Origin: Lama glama
Taxonomy: Eukaryota
Reading direction: 5' to 3'
Assembly (NCBI GenBank): GCA_028534125.1
Contig: CM052839.1
Coordinates: 10,292,001-10,356,000 of the forward strand
DNA: 64,000 nt
The translations under genes and the position numbers were made by a program. Below the pieces are notes generated by a model. It made no database searches, was not told the DNA's origin, and was given only the letters and a program-made list of their open reading frames with translations. This document shows, piece after piece, positions 51,320 through 62,529 of this stretch (positions are counted from its first letter, which is position 1; each line of letters opens with the position of its first letter).

Positions 51320-52190
51320 AAAGGGACCATTTCTTCGTGGAGAAATGGCTGCGCTGGGGGCTGAGGCAGGAAATATGTAACTTTACAAGAGAGTCCTATG
51401 CTGCTGAAAAGTAAGGAAGTGTTCAAAAACAAAATAATTCAAAACCCCAATGGAGGTGTGTCACATGGACACAAAGGCCAACTAAAAGAGCGCCCAGTGG
51501 ACAAAGCCGGGACAATTTGAGCAAGACAATGAATAACGCAGTATTGGATTATAGCCCAAAGTATAAATATCTGTGAGTCCATCCTGATGTAAATAAATGA
51601 TTGGATATATGAATTAGTGGAGGAGAAAAGACATCTCTTGTGCAGAAGAATTCCAAATGATGTATTTTCGCGCCCCCTTCAAGGAGGCGGAGAGTATGGG
51701 TGACCTGTGTGTCGTGACTTCCTTCCCAAGAGTATGGTTTGAATAGAGAGAAAAAAGAATAACTTTATAGCAGAGAAGTCGGACAAACACTCCCTCAGTG
51801 GAGGTGACCAAGGTCGACATCCTCATGGTTAAATCCTGCTAATCGCACACATCCTTGAGATGCTGAGAGTGACGCTTCATCTGCGTGGCCTCCCCCCCAC
51901 CCCCAACCCGTAACACCAGTCTAACTGCGAGGAAGTCAACAGACACACCCTAGTGGAAGAGCATTCTGCAAAACACCTGAGCCACACTCCTCAAACCCAC
52001 CAAGGTCGTCAAAAGCAAGGAACATCTGAGAAAGTGTCACATTTCCCACGAGCCTAAGGACGAGCCAACTAAATGTCGCGTGATGCCCTGGATGGGTATC
52101 CTGGGACAGAGAAAGGACACTGGAGAAAACCCAAGGAAATCGGAATAAAGTTTGGACTTCAGTTAATAATAATGCGTCAGTATCATTCCC
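51320..52190 (+). mobile_element. L1MC-like 3' UTR
   Basis: GTATTGGATTATAGCCCAAAGTATAAATA...CCTGGATGGGTATCCTGGGACAGAGAAAGGACAC...GAATAAAGTTTGGACTTCAGTTAATAATAATG. Confidence 0.8.
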
Positions 52191-53489
52191 TGGAACTATA
52201 AAAGTCAACTGCCATGTGAAACTGGGTTCAGACTGAAAAGACAACCTTTACCATTGCCATCCGGGCCCCGGAGCCTCACAGCCACCTGCACAGCCATGCT
52301 TACATTGCAAAAAATTACGGTGCTGGAGAGCTGTGGTTTTTAAATTTAATGTTGTTCTAAATGCTTGTAATTTCAGGTAGTCTCCTTTGGAAGTGAAAGC
52401 AGTATTTTCAGCATTCCAATTTATTTGTTCTAGGCTCGCTGACAGAGTGGGATGACTGAGCCATAGAAGGAATGAAGCAAATTTGGGGAAGGGCCCATGA
52501 CATTGACAAATGTATTATTCGAAATGAAACGGTCCTCGTAAACAGTCCACGAGTCCTACCAAAATTTTTTTCTTCTTTTCCTGGCTAACCTTTCCCTCTT
52601 CGTGTTGAATGAATAAAGTTATTTTCATTTCACTCGGCCTGCGTTTAAGGGGACTTCCCCACAAATTAGGTCCTTATCAGTTGCAGCCTCCTTCTGTTTC
52701 ACATTTTGTCTCCTGTGTGGCCTTTTGTTTCCTAATCAAAATCACAATGTCTAAATTAAGCGAGGAAAGGATTTTGTTTTCTCAAACCCATGTGGTGCTT
52801 GAGCAAATCAGAAGCAAGCCAGGTCTGCCGCCTCTTTATTTGTTGTGTTAAGCAATTAAAAGGTGTTACTCTCTTGGTAATAAAGTGTAACCTGGTCCCT
52901 CTGGGTCCTCACTTTGGCCTCTTTCAATCTGGCTCCTTGTTTAATTTGTTAGCTGGGATCACACTGCTCTCAGATGCCAAAATCATCGACGGCTCCACTT
53001 AGGTCAAAGTCTTTCTCTGTTGGAGGGAAAATATCGAACACTTCCATCCTTTATCCCTCGCTGGCTGTCGCCGGAGCTGGTAACACCGGCAGTGCCACGC
53101 CGAGCTAAGTTCAGGACAGTTGTTCTTGAAGGGCAGCTGTCCATGCCAGGGCTCTGCTCTCGGGAACCTTTAGCCACCAAAAGGGAGAGTAGGGTCCATA
53201 AAGAAATAGTAAAGCAAGAATATAACTCCACTCTTTCAAAAGCCAGATAATTGATGGAATAAACTGGAAAACTGCCACGATGCTTCTGTTCCCTGTGCAT
53301 CTGTACACAAAGCTAGCGAGAAAATCGGGAAAACTTCAGTATCATTAGAGGACATGAGTGCTTTAAAAACAGCATGTCCCTTGCTGCTGGAACTGGTTTG
53401 GTTTGACTTTTGATCCAGCCCTTATGGTTTTTGCAAAACTGAGAGATTTGGCAGCGTAAGAGAAATGAACACTTTCATTGAACTTTTGA

Positions 53490-53670
53490 GCTTCCAATGT
53501 TTTACCCATGATCTCATTTGATCCTCACAACCCTGTGTTGTATGAAAGGCCAGAATTACCTTCTCTATTTCACAGCTGAAGAAACTGTGCCCCAGGAGGT
53601 CACACACGAGTCGATAACTAGTAAGAAGTAGCCTGAGGTATGGAATTCAGGTCTTTTGAACTTAGTTCTT
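53490..53670 (-). mobile_element. MIR SINE
   Basis: ATCTCATTTGATCCTCACAACCCTGTG...ATTTCACAGCTGAAGAAACTG...GGTCACACA. Confidence 0.75.
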
Positions 53671-53692
53671 AGGGTTTTCATTCTTTACTAAT

Positions 53693-53812
53693 TTGGGGGG
53701 GGTAGTTAATTAAGTAATTAAATAATCTTTCAGTGGAGGTGCTGAGGATTGAGTCCAGGACCTCGTGTGTGCTAAGCACACACTCTGTCGCTGAGCTATA
53801 CCCTCCCTTCCC
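53693..53812 (-). mobile_element. tRNA-derived camelid (Vic-type) SINE
   Basis: Reverse complement of the same SINE body (...CTGAGCTATACCCTCCC); flanking direct repeat CTTTACTAAT at 53683-53692 and 53813-53822. Confidence 0.9.
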
Positions 53813-56800
53813 CTTTACTAATGTTTTATTTTTCCTTCTGGGCTCTGAATTCATTTGATTGTCTCAGGAAATGTCTCCTAAAAATAGCACACACACACAG
53901 AGACAATTTTGCTATAATTTCAAGAGGTTCCCCACCATCCCCAAGTTGAGAAACAGTACCCAACATTGTGTAATCTCCGTAAAGGAGGCAGAGCCGAAAA
54001 CCAGGAAATGCTGAGATTGGACAATAGGCAGTTTGAAGGTGAGAATCAAAACCAAATTCCTAAGCTCTTTTGCCAAATTTTCTTTTTTTCTCCTGGAAAA
54101 TATGCTCTCTCAGAGGGAATGCCAGATCCTGAAATTAAATGTGCCAAAAAAAAAAAAAAAGCTCTTGGGGGATATATGCAGGGTAAAATGAAAGGGAGTA
54201 AGAATAATGGCCAATTGGACATTTTCATTCACGATCATTGCGCCAGCAGCATACTGTGCATATTTATAAAGTCTGCAGTGATGTGGAGGGAGCTGAGTGC
54301 TGTCAATGCAACGGGGCTAATGGAGGCCAAGTGGGCGCAGACTCTCGGCACACTTGGCCTGGGGGTGCCGATCCCAGACATCGGCTGCACCTCTCGCTAT
54401 TTCCCCCTGCCAGCCTGGGAGAGCCCAGTCATTGGAGTCCATATCTGCTTGTGCTGACAGCTTGTAAGCCACTTCTTGGCCAGGGTCCCCGTCACTGTGA
54501 CTGGACCCAGTGACAATGCCTTGCCTTGCCTGTCAGTTCTCACAGATGCCCTTATTCCCAGCTGCTAGATGGACCCTGACTCATCACCTTTCCTGCTCTG
54601 AGGTCTTCCAGGTCTGCCTGCTTGAATTCATCCACCCGGCCTCAGCCTCCTTCTCCAGTGTAACTTCTCTGGGCCGACTACATGGTTCAAAATGAATCCT
54701 CAACTTCATGCTTCATGTATGATTTTGCTGAGTTTGTGCCTAAGAGGCCTGGGCACACCTCCAATGTTATCTCTCAGGACTGTCTACAACCCAGTAGTGG
54801 CCTCCATCACCATACCGGTTCCCCCGTGACCTTGTCCGTCAGCCCCCGGTTACTCCTCCAATAGAAGGATTTGCAGGGAGTTCATCTCTACTCCCCAAGC
54901 TTGGGCTTCTTACGAGATGGAGCTGGGGCTGGGGGCTGGTAAAAGGAGCAGGTGCTCTCAGGTACTGAGCTAGGATTGGAAAAATAAATGAGAAAACCAG
55001 ACCCTCAAGCAAAAGTTGAAAAATAGAGGTTCTCTGGCCAACTATCTCCAGAAACTCCCCTGCCAAGCATCTTCGGGCCAGCCCTGCCTCCTTTAATTGC
55101 TAGCTGGCTCCTGCAGGCCCTACCTCCGCACTGGTTATGTCTGCAGATGCGGTTATGCGATGTCCTGATCAACACTGAGGGTGTCAGAATGGGTCTCTGT
55201 TCACTGAAGTAATTCCAGGATCCTGTTAGTAATTCTGAAAATTGATGGGAGTCACAATACCAAAATCGGTCCTTTCAGCCCAGTTACCTCAGTTATTTTA
55301 ATGATAGCATTTGTCTGTTCAGTGATTCACCCTTAGCTTGGCACTCCACCAGCAGATGGTCCATCCAGATAGCGTCTACATCCTGACACAGAGTCCAGAG
55401 TGGCTGTTTATTCATTTGGCTGTATTAATGACCAATTTGTGCCCAGTCAATTGGATTAGATCAGTGGGTTAGATCCAATTAGTTAATTCGATTTTTTTTT
55501 CCTTTAAAGGAAAAAGGAAAGCCACACCAACCATTTTCAGTGGGTTTTTTTTTAATCACATGTACCTATTCTGCTGAAGATACCACTGTCTATGGCATGT
55601 TTAACCTCCTGGAAGTCAGAAACAGGATTCAAGGTGACCCACGTGACAACAGACACAAAAGGCATGGTCTACAGGTAGGACGCAGAAGCATGAAAAGCAG
55701 TTTATACTGATACAGAACACAGGCTGGTACGAACCCTGTGCCAAGAAAGTACCACATCCGTGTATGATGTGCTCGTATCGGGCCTCCTAGTTTTATAGGG
55801 AAATATATTTTTGTGGGTTAATTCAGGGTGGTTTTGAATAGAATATCAATAAATTGCAACCAGAGAGAAAATGGAATAGTGGTGCACAGAATCCACATGG
55901 GCATGTCTGGGAGTGGCTGTGTGATGGTTATCTGTGGCATTCATTTGGCAAGTTCCTCATTATCACTTTTTTGGGGAAGTGTTAACCCCAGAGGGCATTT
56001 CTTCTGGCTGTAAATGAGTGACGTCTTTGGGTAAAAAGTGCATAATGACTGATGATGCTGGTGTCCTTGCATAAGTGTTTCAGTTTGGGGCAATAAAACT
56101 GTATCATTGAAACAGAATTCTGAAACCACGTCTACATAAAGTAATAGATCTGTGCTTGAACCACTTGGACTGTCTCCTCTCACTGAGCTCTTAGGCAAAT
56201 AGGATTTATTTCTTGTACTAATTCCAACTATAGTTAATCCCTTCTGGCTATTTGGAACTTTGTGGGTGGAAGGGCTTTCTGAGGCTATGCCTGATCTCAG
56301 CAGGAAAGGGGTCCATAATTGATTAGTGATGTCTGCCGTGGGCCAGGAGGAGGGCATCATAGCAACATTGTTGTAGCCTGTTCTACCATGAGCAGTGACC
56401 GGAGGCAATGCTAGGTAAAAAAGTCACATGCCACAGATCCAACTAAATGTATCCTTCGAAAACAGTTCAGAACAACTTTACCCAAGAAACATATTACTAA
56501 AACGGGCTACCTTGTGACTCAATACATGTTTGGGGATACAGACTGGCTTTACATACATTAAAAGGAGGGAAAAACCCCAGATGACTTTCAATCATTTGGT
56601 GCTGTACTCTGACCTCATTCTTAAGGCAGTCAAAATAGCCAGACCAATTCTAACAGTAGGGATCTACACCTTGGACTTGAAAGGATGAAAGGCATGCACG
56701 TTCACCTATCATTGCTAATAATGTTGCAAAAAACATGGAGAAAACCACATGTGACAGTCCTTGGTGATCACAGTAGGAAAGCTGCCCCTTAAGGAGAGAC

Positions 56801-57034
56801 ATTTCTCGGGAAGCTGCTAAGACACTGAGCTTGCATGCGGCCCACACATTAGACTCTTCGCTTGTGTTTCTAGAATGTCTCCCACTCTGAATCTGCTAAG
56901 ACATCCTCCTGCTATTATAGCTCAAGATCTAACTGAAAGCATCTCTGTCCTGGGGAGTTGCCGGACACTCGGCTCAGGGGAAAAACATTTCTGAAGTCCT
57001 CTCGAAGTTTTTACTTTTTCCTCTCAATCTCTGG

Positions 57035-57399
57035 TGTCTTAGTCAGCTCCAGCTGCTATGACAAAATACCAAAAACAGGGTGGCTTAAGCAATAGTGGTT
57101 TATTTCTCACAGTACTGGAGAAGGGAGATGCAAGAGCTAGGTGCCAGCAGAGCTGGTAGCCGGTGAGCGCTATCCCCTGGGTTGCAGATGGCTGCCTTCC
57201 TGCTGTGTCCTCGCACAGCAGAGAGAATTCTGGCCTCTTCCTTTTCCTGTAAGTGTACTAATTCCGGGGACATGCTTACGATCTCATCTAAACCTCATTA
57301 CCTCCCAAAGGTCCCACCTCCACATACCAGCACTTGGAGGGTGGTGCTAGAGCTTCAACATATGAATTTTGGGGGGACACCAACATTTAATTGACAACA
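57035..57399 (-). mobile_element. MLT1A-like full LTR
   Basis: TGTCTTAGTCAGCTCCAGCTGCTATGACAAAATACC...GCTTCAACATATGAATTTTGGGGGGACAC...AACA; near-TSD TCTGG / TCTGA. Confidence 0.88.
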
Positions 57400-58123
57400 T
57401 CTGATATGTGATAGAGGAAAGGCAGTTCTACGAGGCCCTATGTAGGATTCCAGATGTCAAGTCAGAAAGCATAGTGTATTTATTTGTATTTTGGATTAGC
57501 ACATAGTAGGAGCTAGTTAAATATTTGTTGAAGAGCTCATGGGTAAAATAAATGATAAAGAATGAATAAATAAATGAAGAGATGAGTTAATCCTCTGCCA
57601 GGCTAGTCACGGGGATAATTTGAGGTCATTCTTACCCTCACATGTCTGGCCAGCAAGATACCGGTTGAGAACAAAGTGTCAAGGGGATATCAATTCTTGC
57701 AAATTCTGAAATGCCACAATTCCAGAGTTCCAGTTATTTGTGATGCAAACTTCCTGACTTTCCTCTCTGGGTAGGAAGTGCCAGAGGAAGACTTCCTATT
57801 TGGAATCTCTCTTCCTTCACCAGAGAAATTGCTTTCAGTCTTGAAAATGGTGAGAAAGGGAGCACTGGTTTCCAGCTCAACCTAAACTGCCGTTCTCGAC
57901 CATCTCTCCAATAAAAGACAGTGGCAAATGTGACCTCTCTTCCTTTCTTCTTCATCTGCACACAGGTTTTCATCATGTTTTGTACAGAGCTCATCATCCG
58001 TTCTTTTGGCAGGTGTATGGGTTGAAGTGTGCCTCCCCTCCCCCACCTCGTAGGTTCATAGGCTGAAATCCTCACCCCCAGGGCCTCAGATATTCCTTCC
58101 ATCTTTCCAGCTCTCTTCCTCAG

Positions 58124-58480
58124 TGTATCAGTCAGGATGGGATAAGTTATGCTGCAATAACAGACCCAATTCTAGTGGCTCTAAGAAGAAAGAGTGTATT
58201 TTCACTCATGCCTCATGTCCGGGGTGGGGCACTGTTTTGACTAAATGCGGGGCTCTCCTCACTGACATCACTTACAGGCTGACAAAAGCACCCCCACCTA
58301 GAGCATTGCTGACCACCATGCCAGGAAAAATGAGAGCTCTACAGTGTCTTGCAGTGGTGACTGGATGCTCCAATTCAGAAATAACGTGCATCGTTTTTGC
58401 TCACAATTTTTGACCACTAGTACCAAGTCACTTTCCCCTCCCCCTCACTAATGGGCCAGGAGTGGCAATTCTAACCTCTG
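58124..58480 (-). mobile_element. Old MLT1-like LTR
   Basis: TGTATCAGTCAGGATGGGATAAGTTATGCTGCAATAACA... Confidence 0.7.
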
Positions 58481-58526
58481 CAAGCAGCTCTGATGCCTAT
58501 CAAACTGAATATCAATTCAACTAATG

Positions 58527-58670
58527 GGGGGGAGGTATAGCTCAGTGGCAGAGTGTGTGCTTAGCATGCACAAGGTCCTGGGTTCACGCCGCAGTACTTC
58601 CATTAAATTAATTAAATAAATAAACCTGATTGCCTTCCCCCCCAAACAAACAAACAAAACCACAAAAAAC
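58527..58670 (+). mobile_element. tRNA-derived camelid (Vic-type) SINE
   Basis: GGGGAGGTATAGCTCAGTGGCAGAG...GGTTCACGCC; TSD CAATTCAACTAATG (58513-58526) and CAATTTCAACTAATG (58671-58685), differing by a 1-nt indel. Confidence 0.9.
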
Positions 58671-59689
58671 CAATTTCAACTAATGACTGGTTTCTGTCCC
58701 CCCTGCCCCACTCCCTCACCTCCACATGGTCATAATATCCACAGAAATAAAACTCAAAAAAGTAGAGGAATTACTACTATTTTTAAGAGCCAGGACACTT
58801 TGCCCCGAATCCCCCAACAGTTCCCTCACCTCGTACTGGCCAGAACCGGATCACATGTCCATGCTTAGCTGATCTGGCGAGGGGAGTGGGACTACTATGG
58901 TTGGCCCAGTAAGGATCTGCCTTCTAGAGCCAGGGATTGGATCACTGTCTCCAGAACCTTTGAGCTGTTTCAAATTGGTATAGGTGCTGAAAAAGATGAT
59001 TCTTCTCTGGTACTTTTAAATAAGTCAGATCCACAAAGGAAAGACACTTCCATACTGTCAACAGTTCCGGTGCTGAAACTCGAAGGAGAAAGCGGGAAAA
59101 TGGAGGCGGGAGGCAACCGGCCTGACCGGCTGCGGAGGGCAGGCGGGGAGGGTGGAAGTGTCAGAGAGACCCCTGGTCTCTCAGTCTCACAGCTGGTGCG
59201 GTAGGGGGTGCAGTAGAGAACCCGTAAGAGCCTTACTCAACGCTGAGATGTATTATTTTCCGAGTTGGTTGGTGCTGCCATGTATGAAGGGTTCAGAGCA
59301 CGTTCAAAAAGAAATTTCTGAGGAACCAAAGCAATGTCCCTTATTCAGGGCTATTGATGGAACCCTGGAGTCCCACGTGAGGAAGGCAGGTTTCTGTCCA
59401 TGGCTAGGAGGCTCCTGGATATGGAACAGGCAAGTGTGCAATAATGAAGGAGAGGTGAACGCTCAGGGAAGAGGAAAGGAAGGGACTGGCTTTTAACTGC
59501 ATAGTATGAAGGTAAAGAATATACTCTTATGATACCCAAATGTATATACTTTTTAAATCTTCTCTTCTGAGCTTGAAACCCTTGTGCTGCACAGCTCCCC
59601 TGAGAGCTCTTGAAGGCACTTCAACGTGACCATCACTAACGCTGTCCTGGACCTGCCCTTTGACCACCCTGGGCACCAACTGCCAGTAA

Positions 59690-60340
59690 CCTACTTCATC
59701 CCTTCATCAGCTTTTACTTGGATTATCCAAAAAGCTTCCACACTGCTCTTCTCCCGTTCAGTGTTCCTTGCTTGCTCCAGTTGACTTAGAGATCAAGTGA
59801 ACACATAAATCTGATGGTCTTCCCTTTCTGTAAAACCCACCAATGGTTCCCCATCAACTGCAGAATAAATTCAAGTACTTTGGCCTGGGATACAACACCC
59901 TCCTGCCAGCTTAATTCGGAAGACTCCCTCTGAGTTTATGCTCAGCTGCTGTATCCCCTGCTCACCACTTCCTTCCTGTCTTCCGGGTTTTGTTAATGAT
60001 ATTCCCTCTGCCAGAGTGTCCTTCCCCTCTTATTTGCTGTATTAACTCTCAATCATTCTTCAGGTTTCCGCTCCTTACCTCACTGAGAGATCTGCCTTTG
60101 ATCCCACCTTTTCCCTCCAGGTTTAGGCCAGGTGCTTGTCCATCTGAGTGCCTCTGGGGGCACTCTGCGCCCAGCTGTATCATGGGCCGTCACCATGGCT
60201 AAGGTAATCCTTTATGTGTCTCCCCCATGGTCTACAAGCTCCCCCTCCTTGAGGGAAAGGACTATCTTATTCATCTTTTATCTTAGCACTTAGCACCGTG
60301 CCTGGTGGAGAGTAGGCACTGACTAACTAACTGTTTGTCG
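59690..60340 (+). mobile_element. L2 3' fragment
   Basis: CAATGGTTCCCCATC...CCTTGAGGGAAAGGACTATCTTATTCATCTTT...CTTAGCACCGTGCCTGG. Confidence 0.7.
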
Positions 60341-60773
60341 AACAGAATCATTAAGAAGAGGGTGGCAACTGAGTAGAGAGAGTTTGGGGAGTGGGAGGAA
60401 GTGCAGAGGATGAGGGAGGGACGGAGAGGGAGAGATGGAGAGACAGTAGCCAGTGGGGAGCTGCCAGGGAAGTTTGTGACGCTCCCATCCCAGGATAGAG
60501 ATCTCCCTCTTGTGCCTTAAGAATCTGGGTTTCAGCTCCAAATTATCCATTCCGGAATTCTAAGAAGAGGCGCTCTGACTCTCCTGCGTAGGGGATCCCT
60601 GATTTGGGTCACAGGTGGGACTGAATGGACAGCCTGCCCACACACTGACAACCCATCCCCTGCCTTCAACCTAAGCAAGGTTGCTCACAAGGCCAGGATG
60701 GGAGGCAGAATTTTGGACTTTGCTTTTTTTCTCATTTTTCCGTCTCACTCCCTCTACCCCTCCCTTCCCCCCC

Positions 60774-60774
<1 letters not shown>

Positions 60775-60822
<48 letters not shown>
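60775..60822. repeat. (AC)24 microsatellite next to the SHISA6 CpG island
   Basis: Read directly from the sequence; perfect repeat. Confidence 0.97.
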
Positions 60823-60826
<4 letters not shown>

Positions 60827-61917
60827 AAAGTGATGATTATAATTCCCCCTCGGGGGGCCTCATGGCTGTGAAAGTTAGACCCAGGCCTCCTTTCCTCAGA
60901 CCCAACTGGCAACCACGCAGGCGACCCCCTTCCCTGCACGCACCTACCCGCCCCGCACCTCATCAGCTACTGCGGAGGGATTTCGAAGCTGAATCTCGAA
61001 GGCTCAGCTTCTTTCACTCAGTCTCCAACGCTCTAGGAAAAGGACGGAGGAAAAGAGGCGCTCTCCAGCGCTGGGACTGTCTTGTGCCTGTGTGCGCGTG
61101 GGAGGCCGGGTGGGGAGCAAAGTGTCCAAGGGGAGGAGAGCGTAGGCCCCACTCGCCCGTAGCCCAGTCACCTCAGAGGGGCCACTTGACCCCTGGTCTC
61201 AGTTTAGGAACCTGTAGCAATGGGCCCGACCGCTCTCCGCCGCTGCAAGCATCGCCACTAGGGAGAGGCAAAGGCTCGCGGATACCCCAACTCCCGCTCC
61301 AGCCGCGCACCGCTCGGGATCGGGGTGGGGTGGCACCGGCCACGGCAGGGGGGGCATCTGGCCCTGCTGCGGGCCAGCTCCAGAGGGGACACTGCCGCCC
61401 TGCTCCCGGGCCCCCCTCTTTGCCGCTTTGATGAGCCCGTGTCCTGGGCTTTGGTGACGCGGAGCTTCGCGCGCTGCGACGGGGGAGCGGCGAAGAGGAG
61501 CCCCACCTCCCCCGGGCGCCCCGGCGTGTAGACGTGGGCGGCGGGGCGCGGCTGCCCCCCTGCGCTCCCCCCTCCCCCGCCGTCCCTGCCGTCCCCTCCC
61601 CTCGCGGCGCTCCCGCGTGTGCGGGTGTGAGTGCGTGTGTCTCCCTCGCTCCCTCTCTCACACGCTCCGGCACTAGTGAGGCGGCGAGCCGCCGGCTCCC
61701 GGCTCGCTCGCTCGCTCGCTCCGGCCGCCGCGCCGCCGCCTCTGCAGTCGCAGCCGGGCATGGTGAGTGAGTGAGGTCGGGCGCCGCGCGCTCCCCCGGC
61801 TCGCCGCCGGACCCCGGCCGCGGCCCGCTCCGTCCCGGGGAGCCGGCGGCGGCGGCGGCGGGAGCGCGCTGCGGGGCCGGCGGCCCGTGCGCCCGGGTGG
61901 GGGGGGGGGGGGCCCGT

Positions 61918-62017
61918 NNNNNNNNNNNNNNNNNNNNNNNNNNNNNNNNNNNNNNNNNNNNNNNNNNNNNNNNNNNNNNNNNNNNNNNNNNNNNNNNNNN
62001 NNNNNNNNNNNNNNNNN
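61918..62017. other. Assembly gap (100 N)
   Basis: Exactly 100 N after a poly-G run, typical of a placeholder of unknown size. Confidence 0.99.
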
Positions 62018-62157
62018 CGCCCCGATGGCGCCATCGCCCCAGCGCCGCTGACCGCCCCGCGCTGCCAGCCCGGCCCGCGCGGCCCCCTCGGAGCCCGGCC
62101 GGCCGGAGGAGCGGCCTGCCGCCGAAGCCTCCCCGCGCCCTCCCGCCCGGCCCCGCC

Positions 62158-62529
62158 ATGGCGCTGCGGCGCCTCCTCCTGCTGCTGCTGCTGCTACTCT
62201 CGCTCGAGTCCCTGGACCTGCTGCCCGGCGCCCAGGGCGCCCGCGGCCGCGCCGCCAACCGGACCCTGAGCGCCGGCGCCGCGGCCGTCGGGGGCCGGCG
62301 GCCCGGGGGCGCCCTGGCCCGGGGCGGCCGCGAGCTGAACGGCACCGTCCGGGCGCCCGGCGTCCCGGAGGCGGGGAGCCGGCGAGGGCAGCCCGCGGCG
62401 GCGGTGGCGGCGGCCAGCACGGCCGTCACCTACGAGACGTGCTGGGGCTACTACGACGTGAGCGGCCAGTACGACAAGGAGTTCGAGTGTAACAACAGCG
62501 AGAGCGGCTACCTGTACTGCTGCGGCACC
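62158..62529 (+). CDS. SHISA6: Protein shisa-6 (CKAMP52), visible part of coding exon 1; the exon continues into the N gap
   Basis: gccATGG Kozak context. Translation MALRRLLLLLLLLLSLESLDLLPGAQGARGRAANRTLSAG...AVTYETCWGYYDVSGQYDKEFECNNSESGYLYCCGT gives a signal peptide, a Gly/Ala-rich linker with NRT, NGT and NNS sequons, and the start of the Shisa Cys-rich domain. It matches my recollection of SHISA6. Confidence 0.96.

Noticed and set aside
55587-56135. Possible antisense solo LTR (TG...CA, AATAAA-like motifs)
   Set aside because: No matching TSD or recognisable family; left unannotated pending RepeatMasker
59053-59068. Possible REST/RE1 site (reverse complement TTCAGCACC) upstream of a neuronal gene
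   Set aside because: Only the left half-site is present, with no correctly spaced GGACAG half; I saw no canonical RE1 in the window
61899-61912. Poly-G run before the first gap
   Set aside because: Its length is unreliable at a contig end and may be a sequencing artefact
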